Shown here in pieces: positions 46,647 through 57,682 of a DNA stretch of 64,000 nt. Positions within the stretch are counted from its first letter, which is position 1, and each line of letters begins with the position of its first letter. The position numbers and the translations under genes are program-made. The notes beneath the pieces were generated by a model, which did not search any database, was not told where the DNA came from, and saw only the letters and a program-made list of their open reading frames with translations. Location of the stretch: assembly GCA_014905635.1 (NCBI GenBank), contig JABVCE010000035.1, forward strand, positions 124,001 through 188,000. The letters are read 5' to 3'. The stretch comes from Scenedesmus sp. PABB004 (taxonomy: Eukaryota).

Positions 46647-49600
46647 TCAGAGGCCGAACACCTCGAACAGCCGGCTGTTGACGTGGTCGTTGTCGACCAC
46701 GCTCACGAGCCACCACGTCGCCGCGATCTCGGCGAGCAGCGCGCGCGAGGCGCTGCCCTCCTCATACAGCGTGCCCCACTCGCTGTTCCACAGGTCAAAC
46801 GCCTCGTCCTTCCAGACCATGAAGCTCACCAGGTCCACGACCGTGGGCTGCTCGATCTCGCGCCCTGCGCGGCGCCGCGGCGCGCGCGGCGGCGGCCGCG
46901 GTGGGCTCGCGCTCGCAGGACGGCGCGCTCGCAGGACGGCGCGCGCGGCGCCGCGCGCTCGCAGGACGCGCTCGCAGGACGCGCTCGCCCCGCGGCAGCA
47001 AGCGCGCACGCGGCGCGGGCTGCGCACCCGGGAAGACGCCCCACGTGACGGCGTTGACCGCGTCCGGCTTCATGTTGCTGCGCACGTCGCCGGCCGCGTT
47101 GACGGCGACGTATGTGACGCCCGGCGCGGCGCCGAGGCGCGACAGCAGCGGCTCGAGCTTGGACGGCGCGCAGAAGAACTCGACGTAGGCCTTCTGGTAC
47201 ACGTAGCTGCGCGCGCGTGGCGGGTGGGTGGGTGTGGGTGTGGGTGTGGTGGGCGTGGTGTGCGTGTGAGTGTGAGTGTGCGCGCGGGTGTGTGTGAGTG
47301 CGTGTGGGTCCGTTGTGGGGTGCGGCGGCGCGAGCGGGCGCGCGCGGGCGGGCGCGCACCCGCCGGGGCCGCCCCAGCCAAACTGCGGGTCGGCGCTCGG
47401 CACGCCGTTGAGCGCGGGCTGCGAGTTGATGGTCAGGAAGCCGGCGGCGTTGAGCCCGGCGAGCTGGTCCTTAATCGCCGCGGTCTCGCGGTGCAGGCCC
47501 TCCAGCTCAGCCCAGGGCAGCATCGTGATGTCGCCCTGCGCGGCGCGGACGTGTGGTTGGGGAGGGGCGGGCGGGGGAGGCGGCGCGGTCGGGCGTCTGC
47601 GCCAGCCGCGCGGCGCGGCCCCGCCGCCGCCGCCCGCGCCGACACAGGCGGGCAGGCCCCCACCCGCGCGCTCCCAGCCCCGACCCCGCGCGTGCCGGTC
47701 CTCAACCCCCGCGCGCCCTGAACCGCCCCGCACCTTGCAGTAGCGCACAAAGACGTCGACCACGTCGTCGACGCCACCGAGCGCCTCGCCCCACGCCGCG
47801 CGCGCGGCGTCGCGACGCTTGTCGCTCGCCGCGTGGCGCCGCATGAACTGGTAGTCGCTCAGCGTGCCGTACGCGGGGCTGCGCGCGTTGCCCCACCTGA
47901 CGAGCGGCGGGACGGGCCGGGCGGGCGGGCGGACGGGCGGCAGAGTGAGAGTTTGAATTTGGGCTCTTGAGTGTGAGTGAGCTGACACTCGATAGTGAGT
48001 GGGGAGCGAGACCGCAGGCGGGGGGGGGGGGGGGCAGCGGCGGCGGCGGCGCGGCGGCGCACCGTCCGCTGGGGAAGGAGTCCCAGTCGAGCGTGCGGTG
48101 GAGGTAGGCCTTGGGGCGGTTGCTCCAGAAGATGGGGCGCACCGTCTGCGGCGCGGCGCCGCGTGGGCGCGGCGCGTGGGCGAGGCGGGCAGCGTCGCGT
48201 GGGCGAGGCGCGGCGGCGCGCGACGTGGCGAGGGCGCGAGGGAGCGCCGCCGCTGGCGCCCGCCGCGGGCGCCGCGCCGGCCCGCCACGGCCCGCAGCGC
48301 GCGCTGCGCGCACCTCGCCGGGGCGCGTCGCGGGGACCTGCCGCCACGGCAGCGGGCGCGGCACGCGGCTCGGCTCGAGCACGCCGACCGCCTCGAGGAT
48401 ACCCACGGCGCTGCGCTCCAGGTTGAGCGTGTACATGTGAAGCCCCGGCACGCCTGGCCGCACCCGCGGCCGGCAGGGCGGCAGGGTTTAGGGAGGGCGC
48501 CGGCCCTCCCCGCGCGCGCGGAGCGCGCCGCGGCGCCGGCGCCCCTGCCCCAAGCGCCCGCGCGAGCGTCCCGGCCCTGCCCCCACGCACCCGCGTCGAG
48601 CAGCGCGCGGCACATCTGCGCGCCGAGGCTCACGCCGTAGGCCTTGACCGCCTCGTCGTCGTCCTTGATCGCCTCCAGCGCGGCGCTGACCTCGGGCGGG
48701 ACGTCGGTCTTGCAGAACGTGGTCATGCGCTTGAAGCCGCCGTAGTTCATGATCGGCATGATGCCTGGGCGCGCGGGCGGGGGGTGCGTTATGTCATTTT
48801 GTTATTTTTGTTATGTTGACATTGTGTGTTGAAACGCACGACACGTTGCGTCGCCCCCGCGCCCGAGCCCGGGGCGGCGGCGGCGCGCGAGCGGGCCCGC
48901 GCGGCGCCGCGCGGCGCGCACCCGGCAGGATGGGGCAGGTGATGCCGATGGAGCGGCAGTCCTCCACAAACTGCGTGAAGCGCTCGACGCGGTAGAAGAG
49001 CTGCGTGATGATGAAGTCGGCGCCCGCGTCGATCTGCGGCGCCGCACCGGGCGCGGCGGCGGTTGAGCTCGGGCTTGAGCGCCGGCGGGGCTCGGGAGGG
49101 GCGTGCACGGCCGGCCGCCCCGCCCCGCGGCGCGGGCCGGCACGCCGCGCCGCCGCCGCCGCCGCCGCTGCACCCCCGCCCTGCACGCCGCACCTTTTGC
49201 TTGAGGTAGTCGAGGCTGTCCCAGTAGTTTTTCTTCATCTGCTCCGGGTCGTCCACGATAAAGTCGGGGTGCGCCTCGGGGTAGCCCGCGACGCCGATGC
49301 CAAAGTAGTCGCCGTGCTTCTCCCTGCGCGGGCGCGGGCGGGCGTCACGTTTTGCGTCATTTTGTGTGCCATTTCGGCTGCCACTTTGGTGGGCGCTGCC
49401 GTGCCGCGGCGCGCCGGCGGGGCACGCAGCACGCGCCGCGCGTGCCCTCCTCGCCCTCCTCGCCTCTCCAACGAGGCGGCGGCGACGAGGGGCCGGCTGC
49501 GCGCCCGCCCGCCTGCCAGCTCACCTCCCCCCCCCCCCCCCCGCCACACCCACCCACCCACCCACACCTGATGTACTTGACGAGGTCCAGCGCGGAGCCA

Positions 49601-50472
49601 AAGCCGCCCTCGACGACGGTGAACTCGTCCTGGCCCTTGGGCGGGTCGCCGCGCAGCGCGAGGATGTTCTGCAGCCCCGCCTTGCGCACCTGCGGCGGCG
49701 GCGGCGGCGGCGGCGGCGGAGGGCGCGGGCGCCGGCGGCGCGGTGAGGGGGCCGCGCCGCGCCGCGCTGCGCGGGCGCATGCCCGCCACCGCCGCCGCCG
49801 GCTGGCCGGCTGCCCGCTGCGCTGCAGCGGCTGCGCGCCTCGGCGAGCGCGTTGTCCAGCTTCTCGGTGGGCATGTTGGTGCAGGTGAGGTGCATCATCG
49901 TCTCGACGCCAAACTGCGCGGCGCGGGCATGTTGCGTCGGTTGCGGCCGCGTTCCGCGCTCCGCGCTCCGCGCTCCGCGCTCGACGCCGCGCCCCCGGCC
50001 GGCCGGCAGCAGCGGGCCGCCGCGGAGGCGCCGCCGCCGGCGCGGCTGGGGCTGGGGGTGGGGCCGGGGCCTGGCGCCGGCGCGCCGGCGCGCCGGGCGC
50101 ACGCGCACGCTGCGCTGCGCTGCTGCCGGCGGCGCCGGCGGCGCCGGCGGCGCCCATTCGACCCGGGCGCACCAGGTTCTGCATCTTGGTGGCGATGCCC
50201 AGCGTCACGTCGGCGGTGGAGCCGCCCGCGCCCCAGGTGATGTCGCAAAAGGTGGGCCCATACGCGACCATGCGGTCCAGGCGCTCAAACAGGTTCTCCA
50301 CACCCTGGCGCGGCCCCCGGCGGAGTGAGGCGCTGGGCACCACCGCCTCCCAGCCGCTGGGCACCCCGCCGCGGCGGGCGCGCACCTCCTCGGTGCGCGG
50401 CGGGAAGTACTCGAAGGAGAAGAACGTGCGGCCCTCCTCTATGTTCGCGTTGATCCTGTCCACGATCTTCAT
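46647..50472 (-). CDS. MTHFR: Methylenetetrahydrofolate reductase (eukaryotic type with C-terminal domain), 13 exons
   Basis: [116 protein letters not shown]. Confidence 0.98.
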
Positions 50473-50904
50473 GGCGGCACGCGCCCGGCCGGGCGGCGCG
50501 GCGGCAAATGAGAGGCGCGCGGGGCGGGTGGCCGCGCAGACGGCCCCGGCAATCACTCGCTCGCAGCGGCGCGCAGCCCGCAAGCGCGGCACAGGCGGGG
50601 CCCGGAGAGCTGCAGGGAGGGGAGGCGGACCCGACGCGCCCAGCGCAGCGACTCCCTGGGCCGGCGTGCGGCGGCGGCGGTGCAGCAGGGGGCGCGGCTC
50701 CGCAAAGCCCTCGTCGAACCAGCGCTGGAGCGCCCACCCGGGCTCCCAGCCGCACAGCCCCGCCCCGCCACCGCCACCGCCAACCGCCACGCCACCGAAG
50801 CGCGCCCCAGCGGGAGGAGGCAGCCGCGCCGCAGCGCCGCCGACGCACGCCGCAAGCCCGGACGCTAGCGTCGGCGCCCCTGCCCGCCGAGGCCCGGCCC
50901 AGCC

Positions 50905-51159
50905 ATGGGCGTGCAGCGGCGCAAGGCCAACCAGCTGGTGGAGGCGGAGGGCCGCGCGGCGGAGGAGATCGCGGCCTCGCACGCCGCCGCGGCGCACCCG
51001 GCGCAGCAGCAGCGGCCGGCGCCGCCGCGGCGCGGGGCGCGGCGGCCGCCGCTGCACGAGCGCAACCCGCTGCTGGCCTACTGCATCACCGTGGCGCTCG
51101 CCTGCGGCTTCTGGGTCGCCTGCCAGGCGCTGTTCAAGCACGCGGCGCACCTCGCCTGA
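50905..51159 (+). CDS. Small (84 aa) protein with one C-terminal transmembrane helix, single exon
   Basis: gccATGG context and coding-like G/C-ending codons. Hydrophobic [27 protein letters not shown] at 51402 downstream. Divergent from MTHFR. Confidence 0.65.
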   Translation: MGVQRRKANQLVEAEGRAAEEIAASHAAAAHPAQQQRPAPPRRGARRPPLHERNPLLAYCITVALACGFWVACQALFKHAAHLA

Positions 51160-51637
51160 CGAGCGCGCCTCGAGCCCCGTCCAGACGCGGACGGCAGCGC
51201 GGCCCTCTGCTGTGCTGAGGGGCAGCTTCAGACGACTGCCGCGCAGCACGGCGGCGCACCACCACATGCGCGCGGTGGTGCGCGGCGCCGCGCGCGGCGC
51301 GCGCAGCGACGGCGCGCCGGCGGCCCCTCTGGCTGCTGGCGGCGCGCGCGGCCTCGCGGACGCCGGCTCCCAGGCCGTCGCAGCAGCCAGCAGGGCTCGC
51401 GTGTAACGGCCCGCGCGGCGACGCGCCCCTTCGCAGCGGGCCCTGCACCGCCGCGGTCCACCGGCCACGGGCCGCCATCTCGCCGCCGCATGGCGCCCGC
51501 CGCCCACCCGAGCCGCCCACACCGCGCCGCCGGCCGCTCTCGTCGTGCCCTGTGAAGCGTCGCCGGGACCGCGGCCGCGCCGCCGCCGCCGCGCCGGCCA
51601 CCCAACCGAAACTTGCCCGAAACTTGACGCCCGGGCC

Positions 51638-53014
51638 ATGCAGCTGGCGCAGCGGACCGCCGTGGGCCCCACGGCCTGGCGGGGGCAGGGCCAGCGGCGG
51701 CCCCGCAACACGGGCCTGGCGGGCGCATGCCCGGCCGCAGCTCCCCACGCGCAGCTGGCGCGCCCCGGGCGTCAGCAGGCGGCTCGGGAGGGCGCACGGC
51801 CATCTCGGTGAGGAAGAACGCGCGCGGCCCGGGCGCAGGCAGCGCCCGCCGCGCGGCGGCCGCCGAGCGGCGGCGCCGACGCGCCGCCGGCCGACGCGCC
51901 GCCCGCCCGCCCGCAGGCGCGTGCGCTGTGCCGCCGGGCGCGGCGCCGCGGACGGCGTCAAGTGGTGGGACGCGCCGGCGCCGCCCAACGTGCGCAGCGT
52001 GGGCGACGTGCAGGAGCTCGTGGACGCGCTGGTGCGGCGCACCAGCAGCCTGGCGGCGGCGCCGCAGCAGCCTGGCGCGCCGCGCGCCGCGTAGCGCGGC
52101 AGCCTGGCGCCGCGCGCGCCGCGCTGCGCAGCAGCAGCCTGGCGGCGGCGGCGGCGCAGCAGCCTGGCGCCGCAAGCCGCGCGCCCACGCGCCCCGCCGC
52201 CGCGCGCGCAGGCCGACGCGGGGGACAGCTTGGTGATCGTTGACTTTTTCGCCCCCTGGTGCGGCGCCTGCCGCGCGCTCTACCCCAAGGTGCGCCGCCG
52301 TCGCCGCCGCCGCCGCCGCCGCCACGCGCGCATGCGCACCACGTGCGCGGCGCCCGACGCGCGCCCGCGCCGCCCCGCTCTCATCGTCGCTGCCGCCCGC
52401 CGCCGCTGCGCAGCTGGTGAAGATGATGGAGGCCTTTCCGGACGTGCAGCTGCTCAAGGTCAACTTTGACGAGTCCAAGGACATGTGCAAGACGCTCGGC
52501 GTGCGGGTGCGCGCTGCGCCGCGCCGCGCCGCCGCGCCGCCGCGCCGGGCCATTGCTGGCACCCGCCAACTCCCCGCCACGCTCGCCGCCCCAGGTGCTG
52601 CCCTATTTTCACATCTACCACGGCGCGGAGGGCCGCGTCGCTGCGTTCAGCTGCACCGTCGCAAAGTTCCAGCGCATGCGGTGCGCGCAGCGCCGCGCCA
52701 CGCTGCTCGCCGCGCCGCGCTGCTCGCCGCGCCGCGGGCGCCGCGCGCCTGCCCCCGGCGCCCGCCGCGCCCACCGCGCCGACCGCGCCCGCCGCCCGGC
52801 GCGCGCCGCCAGGGACGCGCTGGAGGACTACCACACGCCCATCTGCAGCCTCGAGAGCAACCCGGGGCTGCCCGAATTTCCAGACATCGTCCCACACCCA
52901 TCCTCGGTCACCCGCCTCGTCGCGGGCGCGGCCGTGCCCGCCGCCGAGGCGCGGCTCGGGGTGGCGGACGCGGCGTCGCCGGCGCCGTCGCCGTCGCCCG
53001 CGGGCGTCGCGTGA
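51638..53014 (+). CDS. ACHT: Chloroplast atypical Cys/His-rich (Lilium-type) thioredoxin, 6 exons
   Basis: Transit peptide, KWW...[50 protein letters not shown]. Confidence 0.9.
52042..52172. repeat. Intronic minisatellite (gcagcagcctggcg) in ACHT intron 2
   Basis: Five copies of cagcctggcg with GC-rich spacers. Confidence 0.75.
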
Positions 53015-53734
53015 GGCGGAGCGCGAGGCGCGGCGCGGCGCGACGCGCGCGGCAGCATTCTGCCGCGCGGGGGCCCTCTCCAGGCAGCGTGGCGCGGGGG
53101 CAGGGTGGAGGACTCGCCGCCGCCTGATTGGCGCGGCGGCGGCGCCGCGGCACTGCAAGACCGTGCTGGATGATGGCGCCGCGCAGACGCGGGCGGCGGC
53201 GCGGGCTCGCTCGGGCGGCGGGCGGGGCGGGGCGGGGCGGGGCCATGGGCTGGCCCTGCGCAGCGTGCGGCTGCGGCCGCGGATTGCTTGCTCGCTGGCT
53301 CGCGCGACTGACGGATTGACCACCGCGCGGCGTGCGTCGGCCTGCCGCGCTCGGGCGCCGCGGCCGCGCTGGGCGCCCTCGTCATCATGCCTGCTTGCTC
53401 CCAAGGGAGGGGGGTTGAGGGGGCTGCACTCGCCATGCGCCTGCTTGCACGCACACGTGTGTCACACGTGCAGGCGACGGCGAACACCAAAACCACTGAA
53501 ACCGACCACGACGACGCGCCCGCGAGCCGCGGCCCAGGCACCTGCCTCACGCGCCCTGACAGCGGGCGCCGCTCGCTCGCTCAGCCCCCCGCTCGCTCAG
53601 CCCCGCTCGTGCCCGCGGCCGCTCCAAGCGCATGAAGAGAGTCGCTGCGACAGACTCGGTCGCGCCCGCCCCCGCCCGCCCGCCCCTCCGACGCACCGTC
53701 GCCGCCGCCGTCCGCCGGCGCGGTGGCCGCGCGC

Positions 53735-55984
53735 TCAGCTGAACGCGACGCCGCCGCCGGGCGGCGCGCCACCGGTGCCGAGGTCGTCGGCGCGCCAGCT
53801 CACGCGCGCGTCGTCAAAGACGCGCAGCTGCGGCGCGAGGATGCGCGTGTAACGGTCAAAGTAGAGCAGCTGCTTCACAAAGAGACCAAACTCGCCTGCG
53901 TGTGCGCGGCGGCGGCGGCGGGCGGGCGGGCGGCGCCGTGGGCTGAGTTGCGCGCGCGCGGCGCGCGCCATGCGGCGGGCCGGGCGCGGGGCCGGCGCGG
54001 CGCGGCGGCGGCGCGCACGTGGGAAGCGGATGCCGTGCCGCTCCCCGATCGCCACCAGGTCGAGCAGCACCCGGTTGACCTGCGCCTGGTCAACCTCCAG
54101 CGACGCCGACAGCCCGCCCGGGCCTGCGGCATGGCGCGCGGCGGCGGGGCTCGGCAGCGCGCCGCGCTCCAGCACGGCGCGGCGCCCGGCGCGGCGGCGC
54201 GCCCCCGCCGGTGCGCGCGCGCGGGGCGCGCCGCCGGCGGCGCGCACCCGCGCCGCCGCCCGCGTCCGCGAGGACAACCAGGCTGGAGTTGAGCGACTCG
54301 AGCTCGCTGAAGAGCGACTGCAGGTCGCGGCCAAACGCGGCGTAGTCGACGTCCTCGCTGCAGGTTGTTGCGGGAGAGGCGGGAGCGGCAGTGAGTGAGT
54401 GGGTGGGTGGGTGGGTGGGTGGGTGGGTGGGTGGGTGAGTGAGTGGGTGGGTGGGTGGGTGTGCGTGGGCGTGCGCGCGCGCTCGGCGCCGCGGGGCGGA
54501 GCGATGCAGGAGCGGCGGCGGCGGCGGCGGCGCGGCGCGGACACGCGCCTGCAGGCGCCGATGGTGGCGAGCGCACGCGCGAGCGTCTCGTAGTCGCCCA
54601 CCGCGAGCGCGCCGAGCAGCGCCTCCATCGCCGCCCATGTCACGGGGCTGATGCGCCCCACGATGCCTGGCGGGGCGGCGCGCGGCGGCGGCGAGGAAGG
54701 GTGGGCGCGCGCGGCGGCAGCAAAGGTGGGCGCGCGCGGCGGCGGCCGGCCTCGGGCGCTGGCTCGGCGGCGGCGGCCCGTGGCGGCGCCCCCGCCCCGC
54801 GCGATCCACAGGCGCACCAAAGTCGATGAAGCCCACGCGGCCGTCCGGCAGCACCAGCAGGTTGCCTGCAGAGGCACGGCACGCGGCGCGCGGCCACCGC
54901 GGTGAGCGCGCCGCGCGGCCGGCGGGCGGCACGCGGCCGACGGCGGCGGCGATCGCGGCGGGTGCGACGCGTCCGCCCACCCGCGTGCACGTCGGCGTGG
55001 AAGGTGTCGGCGCCGAGCACGCTCGCAAACCAGGTGTTGAGCGCGGCGATGAGCACGGCCTCGGGGTCCTTTGCCGTCACGGCGCGAATGGAGTCGAGAT
55101 CGGTCAGCGGGACGCCGCTCAGGCGGTCCATCACGAGCACGCTGGCGGCGGCGACGGTATGGCAGCGTGGGGTGCGGCGGGCGCGGGAGAGGAGAGGGAG
55201 GGAGAGGGGTGGGACAGGCGGGCGTGCGGGGGCGCGGCGAGGGAGGAGGGAGGGCGGGCGGGCGTGGTGAGAGGAGGGGAGGGCGGGCGGAGGGCGCGCG
55301 CGGGGGCGGCGGCGCCGCCGCGCAGCGGCAGCGGCCGCGCGGGCGACGCGCCCCGGCCTCGCCCCTGCGCGCCCCGGCCTCGCCGCGCGCGCCGCCCGCC
55401 GCCCGCCGCACCGCTTGCTGCTGAACTGACGGTACACGTACGGCGCGGTCGCGACGCCGCGCAGGCCGCGGCGGTCGAGAAAGTCGTTGAAGGTCTGCAG
55501 GTGGAACGCCTCCTGCGTGTGTGCGCGGCACGGCGCGGCGGCGCACGGGTGCGACGAGGGCGTGTGACGCGGGCGCGCGTGACGGGGGCGGGCGTGACGA
55601 GAGCAAGCGTGACGAGAGCGGGTGTGACGAGGGCGGCGGCGGCGGCGCGAGCTGAGCGCACGCGGGCGGGTCCGCGCTGTCGGCCGGCTGCAAGCCGACG
55701 GCGGTGCGGTGCGGCGAGGCGGTGCGTGGTGCGTGGTGCTGCCACGCGCCGCGCCGCCGCGCGCCGCGCACCTTTGTGAAGTCGACCTCGTCCATCATGG
55801 AGGTGCGGATGTCAGAGACGATGCCGCCCAGGCTCAGGCGCGACAGCTCGGGCGCCGCAAACTCGAGCGCGCGCGTCACCAGGTACAGCTGCCGCGCGCG
55901 CGGCGCGGGCGCGGGCGGCAGCGCGGCGGGCGCGCCGTTGGGCGTGGCGCCCCCGATCCAGGGCGCGGCGGCGCGGGCACGGAC

Positions 55985-56015
<31 letters not shown>

Positions 56016-57099
56016 AGGGGGGCTCACAAAGTTGAGGTCGGTGACCAGCACGTCCTCCGTGCCCGGGCGCAGCACCTTCACCACCACGTCCTTGCCGCTG
56101 CCCGCCAGCACCGCCGCGTGCACCTGCGCGCGCGTGACGTGCGTGGGCGTGTGGGCGCGGCGCGGGGGGCCGCGGCGGCCGGGGCGCGAGCCGGCGCGCG
56201 GGCGCGCCGCGCGCCTGCGCGACCGAGGCCGAGGCGAGGGGCTGCGGATCGATGTAGCTGAAGACCTGCAGCGCGGCGGGGTGGGGCGTGGGGCGGGGCG
56301 CGGCAGGGTCAAAGCTGCGCGGCGCCGAGGCCAGGGCCGCGGCGCGGCGGCGGCGTGGCGGGCGGCGCCGCCGGCGCGCGGCGCGGTAGGCTGCGCCGCG
56401 CCTGCTCGAGCGGCTGCTTGAGCTCGGCGCGGATGATGCTGCGGATGGTCGAGAAGGGCACCGGGTCGGTGCGGTCGAGGCACTTCTGAAACTCCAGCAC
56501 GTACTCTGCAGCCGCGGCGGCGGCGGGGGCTCGGGCGCTGAGGGCGCGGCGCGCGCGCGCGCCGCCGCGCACAGCGCGCGCGCACCCTCCGGGAAGAGCG
56601 AGGGCGAGGAGGCGATGAACTGCCCGAGCTTGATGTAGGTCGCGCCGAGGCGCTCGAAGAGCTTGCGCAGCACCACCGGCGCCGGCTCGAGCCCGCCCGC
56701 GCGCAGCTGGTCCTGCACGAGCGACGCCACCGCGCTTGCCGCCTGCACGCTGCGGAAGACGCCGCGCGGGCCTGCACGGGAGGCGCGGCGAGGGCGTGGG
56801 CGCGTGCGGCCGGCAGCGGCGGGCCCATGCGGCGCGTGGGCGCGGAGTGGCGGCAGCGGCGGCGGCGGTGCTGCCGCTGGCCCACCCGTCGCAACCGCGA
56901 GCTGCAGAGACTCCTGCAGCAGGCCCTGGAGCTCGCGCGTCCGCTTCTCCAGCTGCTCCGGCGTCAGCGGCGGCGGGCGCTGCTGTCCCGGCCAGGCGCT
57001 GCTGCCGCCTGCCGCTCGGCACACGATGCTCGGCGCCAGCGCGCGCCCGCGGCGCGGCCGCACTCCCGCATCAGCTCTGCTGCTGAGCCGCAGCGCCAT
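53735..57099 (-). CDS. ABC1K9: ABC1/UbiB atypical kinase, plastid (ABC1K9-like), 13 exons
   Basis: [73 protein letters not shown]. Confidence 0.9.
54392..54460. repeat. (GGGT/GAGT)n tetranucleotide microsatellite in an ABC1K intron
   Basis: gtgagtgagtgggtgggtgggt... run. Confidence 0.85.
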
Positions 57100-57287
57100 G
57101 GCGCTGCGCTGCGGCCGGCGGCGCGCGGCGCGGCGGCGCTGCTCTGTGGCTGCGGGCGCCGCGGGAGCGGGCGCTGCGGTCGGCGGCTGGCTGGGCTGCA
57201 CGCTGGGGAGCGAATTGCACGTGCTAGCGGCCGATTAAACGACGGCACGGTACAAAGCGAACCCTGCGCGCCAACCGCCCCAAAACC

Positions 57288-57410
57288 CACGACCTCTGCG
57301 CACGCAGACGCACCATTCGATTAGTCACGCCTGCATGCAATCATCAGCACGACCTCTGCGCACGCAGACGCACCATTCGATTAGTCACGCCTGCATGCAA
57401 TCATCAGCAC
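57288..57410. repeat. Perfect 60-bp tandem duplication (2 units + 3 nt)
   Basis: cacgacctctgcgcacgcagacgcaccattcgattagtcacgcctgcatgcaatcatcag at 57288-57347 and 57348-57407. Confidence 0.95.
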
Positions 57411-57682
57411 CGCGACGGCCAAGCGGCCTCCCGTTCCAGTCCAAGGGGGAGTCACGAATGACACGAAAGGCCTCAAGGCGTGAAAGACATGACGCACCGC
57501 ACGCTCTAGTTGTCGCACCGCACGTCCCTAGGTGAAGCAGGAGCCCGCATACCATGAGTTTGCCTTTTCATTGGAGAGCGCCCCCGTGCCCGCGCCCCGC
57601 TGCCCGTGCCCCGGTGCCCGCGTGCACGACAAGGGCCCCGCCGGCGTTCAAGGCCAAGGGCACTCGCCGCCGCGGCGCCGCC

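Noticed and set aside
42535..48495. Telomere-like words (degenerate GGGCTTT/GGGCTC heptamers at ~42537-42590; GGGTTTAGGG at ~48484)
   Set aside because: Too short and degenerate to call interstitial telomeric repeats.
6960..50472. A cofactor/metabolic gene cluster (Moco, NAD salvage, chorismate, folate)
   Set aside because: The genes belong to different pathways and are interspersed with unrelated housekeeping genes. Nothing suggests co-regulation or horizontal origin.
57288..57410. Possible CRISPR array
   Set aside because: Two abutting identical units without spacers, no cas genes, eukaryotic context.
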